A program made the position numbers and the translations under genes. Shown here piece by piece: positions 63,180 to 64,000 of a DNA stretch of 64,000 bases. The stretch lies in the NCBI GenBank assembly GCA_036172245.1, contig JAYWIR010000066.1:248001-312000 (forward strand), in the 5' to 3' direction. The stretch is from Raillietiella orientalis. Its lineage: Eukaryota. The notes under the pieces were generated by a model. The model saw nothing but the letters and a program-made list of their open reading frames with translations, did not search any database and was not told where the DNA came from. Within the stretch, counting starts at the first letter, position 1; every line of letters starts with the position of its first letter.

Positions 63180-64000
63180 AAAAATAAAAAAAACAAAAAT
63201 AAAAATAAATACACCTTAGTGGAGGGGGGATGGGTCACGTCCTTCTGGGGGCGGTCCTGTCCATCCTCTGTAGGATGACGGCAAGGTCTTGCTGGATATT
63301 GCTATCCAGGTGGGGGCAATCGCGTAGCCATCCTGATGAAGTGGACGGCGAAGTGGATGTGGCACTCCTGTCTCGGGGTCCTCCTCTTGCGTCGTTCCAT
63401 GCAGCGGCAACCCCACGTAGGCAGCACAGGGTTGCCTACGAGGCCGCTGGCCGAAGGTCGTCGCGAAAGAAGAGGGGTTTGATAGCTTCCCTGGAGTTGC
63501 CTCCAGGAGTTTCCAGGGACGCGGCAAAGCGTATCCAGAGGGGCTGGAGGGCAACACAGTCTACTAGCAGGTGGGGGATGGATTGACGTTTCCCGTACCT
63601 GACACAGTTCGGGTCCACACACATGCGTCCAGTGATGACGGTGGGCGTTGCACAGGGGGCTCAGTGCAGCACCAACAGCGCCGACTTCAAAGGGACGGTG
63701 TGGGTGTCTATGAGCACCGCGAACCACTTCAGGTGTTTCAACGGAATATCCAGCAGCTCGTCCCAGCGCAAGAGTCCGAGGGGCGGTGTACTCGGGGTCG
63801 CAGCGTCAGTGAGCTGGACCGTCTTCCACTTGCCCAGTCCTTTCTCCCTTTCGGAGATGCTGATCTTTACTTCCCATTTCGCCTCCATGTTGCTGCTCAG
63901 GTGCTTCCTGAGGGAGGGCAGCGCTGCGGCGAGGGGAGGAGCAGCTCACAGAGCCTTCCAGCACTCCGGGGCGGCTCGATCCGGAGCAACGTGTACTGGC
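63180..64000 (-). mobile_element. L1/Tx1 3' end (runs off the window)
   Basis: DPNCVRYGKRQSIPHLLVDCVALQPLWIRF and STPPLGLLRWDELLDIP parallel the copies at 58.4 kb and 61.4 kb. T-rich tail at 63180-63212. Confidence 0.85.

Noticed and set aside
1..64000. tRNA, rRNA or snRNA genes (possible Tx1 target sites)
   Set aside because: None recognised by eye; a tRNAscan-SE/Rfam search would be needed to exclude them.

Overview
Eukaryotic (most likely arthropod/invertebrate) nuclear DNA, not prokaryotic. Five host genes are supported: a perilipin/Lsd-type lipid-droplet gene (+, 1168-~1971), EAPP (-, 6468-2223, seven exons), an intronless aaNAT/GNAT acetyltransferase (-, 12216-11536), a REV7/MAD2L2-like HORMA gene (+, 36582-~37185) and, 41-67 bp behind it, an MCFD2 homolog with two alternative EF-hand last exons (+, 37253-38490). 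Most introns are only 35-64 nt. Much of the rest is a graveyard of decayed mobile DNA: several L1/Tx1-clade non-LTR retrotransposons (one nested in another), a pogo-like HTH remnant, a MULE-like MITE, and at least seven copies of an unclassified repeat ('X') that appears to carry an eroded ORF. The most notable spot is 18.2-20.6 kb: a probable endogenised partitivirus-like capsid fragment abuts a 1.7-kb cassette bounded by two inverted, covarying palindromes, which holds a retroelement ORF1 piece, a broken TIS11/ZFP36 CCCH zinc-finger and an X fragment. A higher-order hairpin minisatellite lies at 49.8-50.3 kb. All identifications are by eye from motif recognition; no searches were run, and repeat boundaries are approximate.
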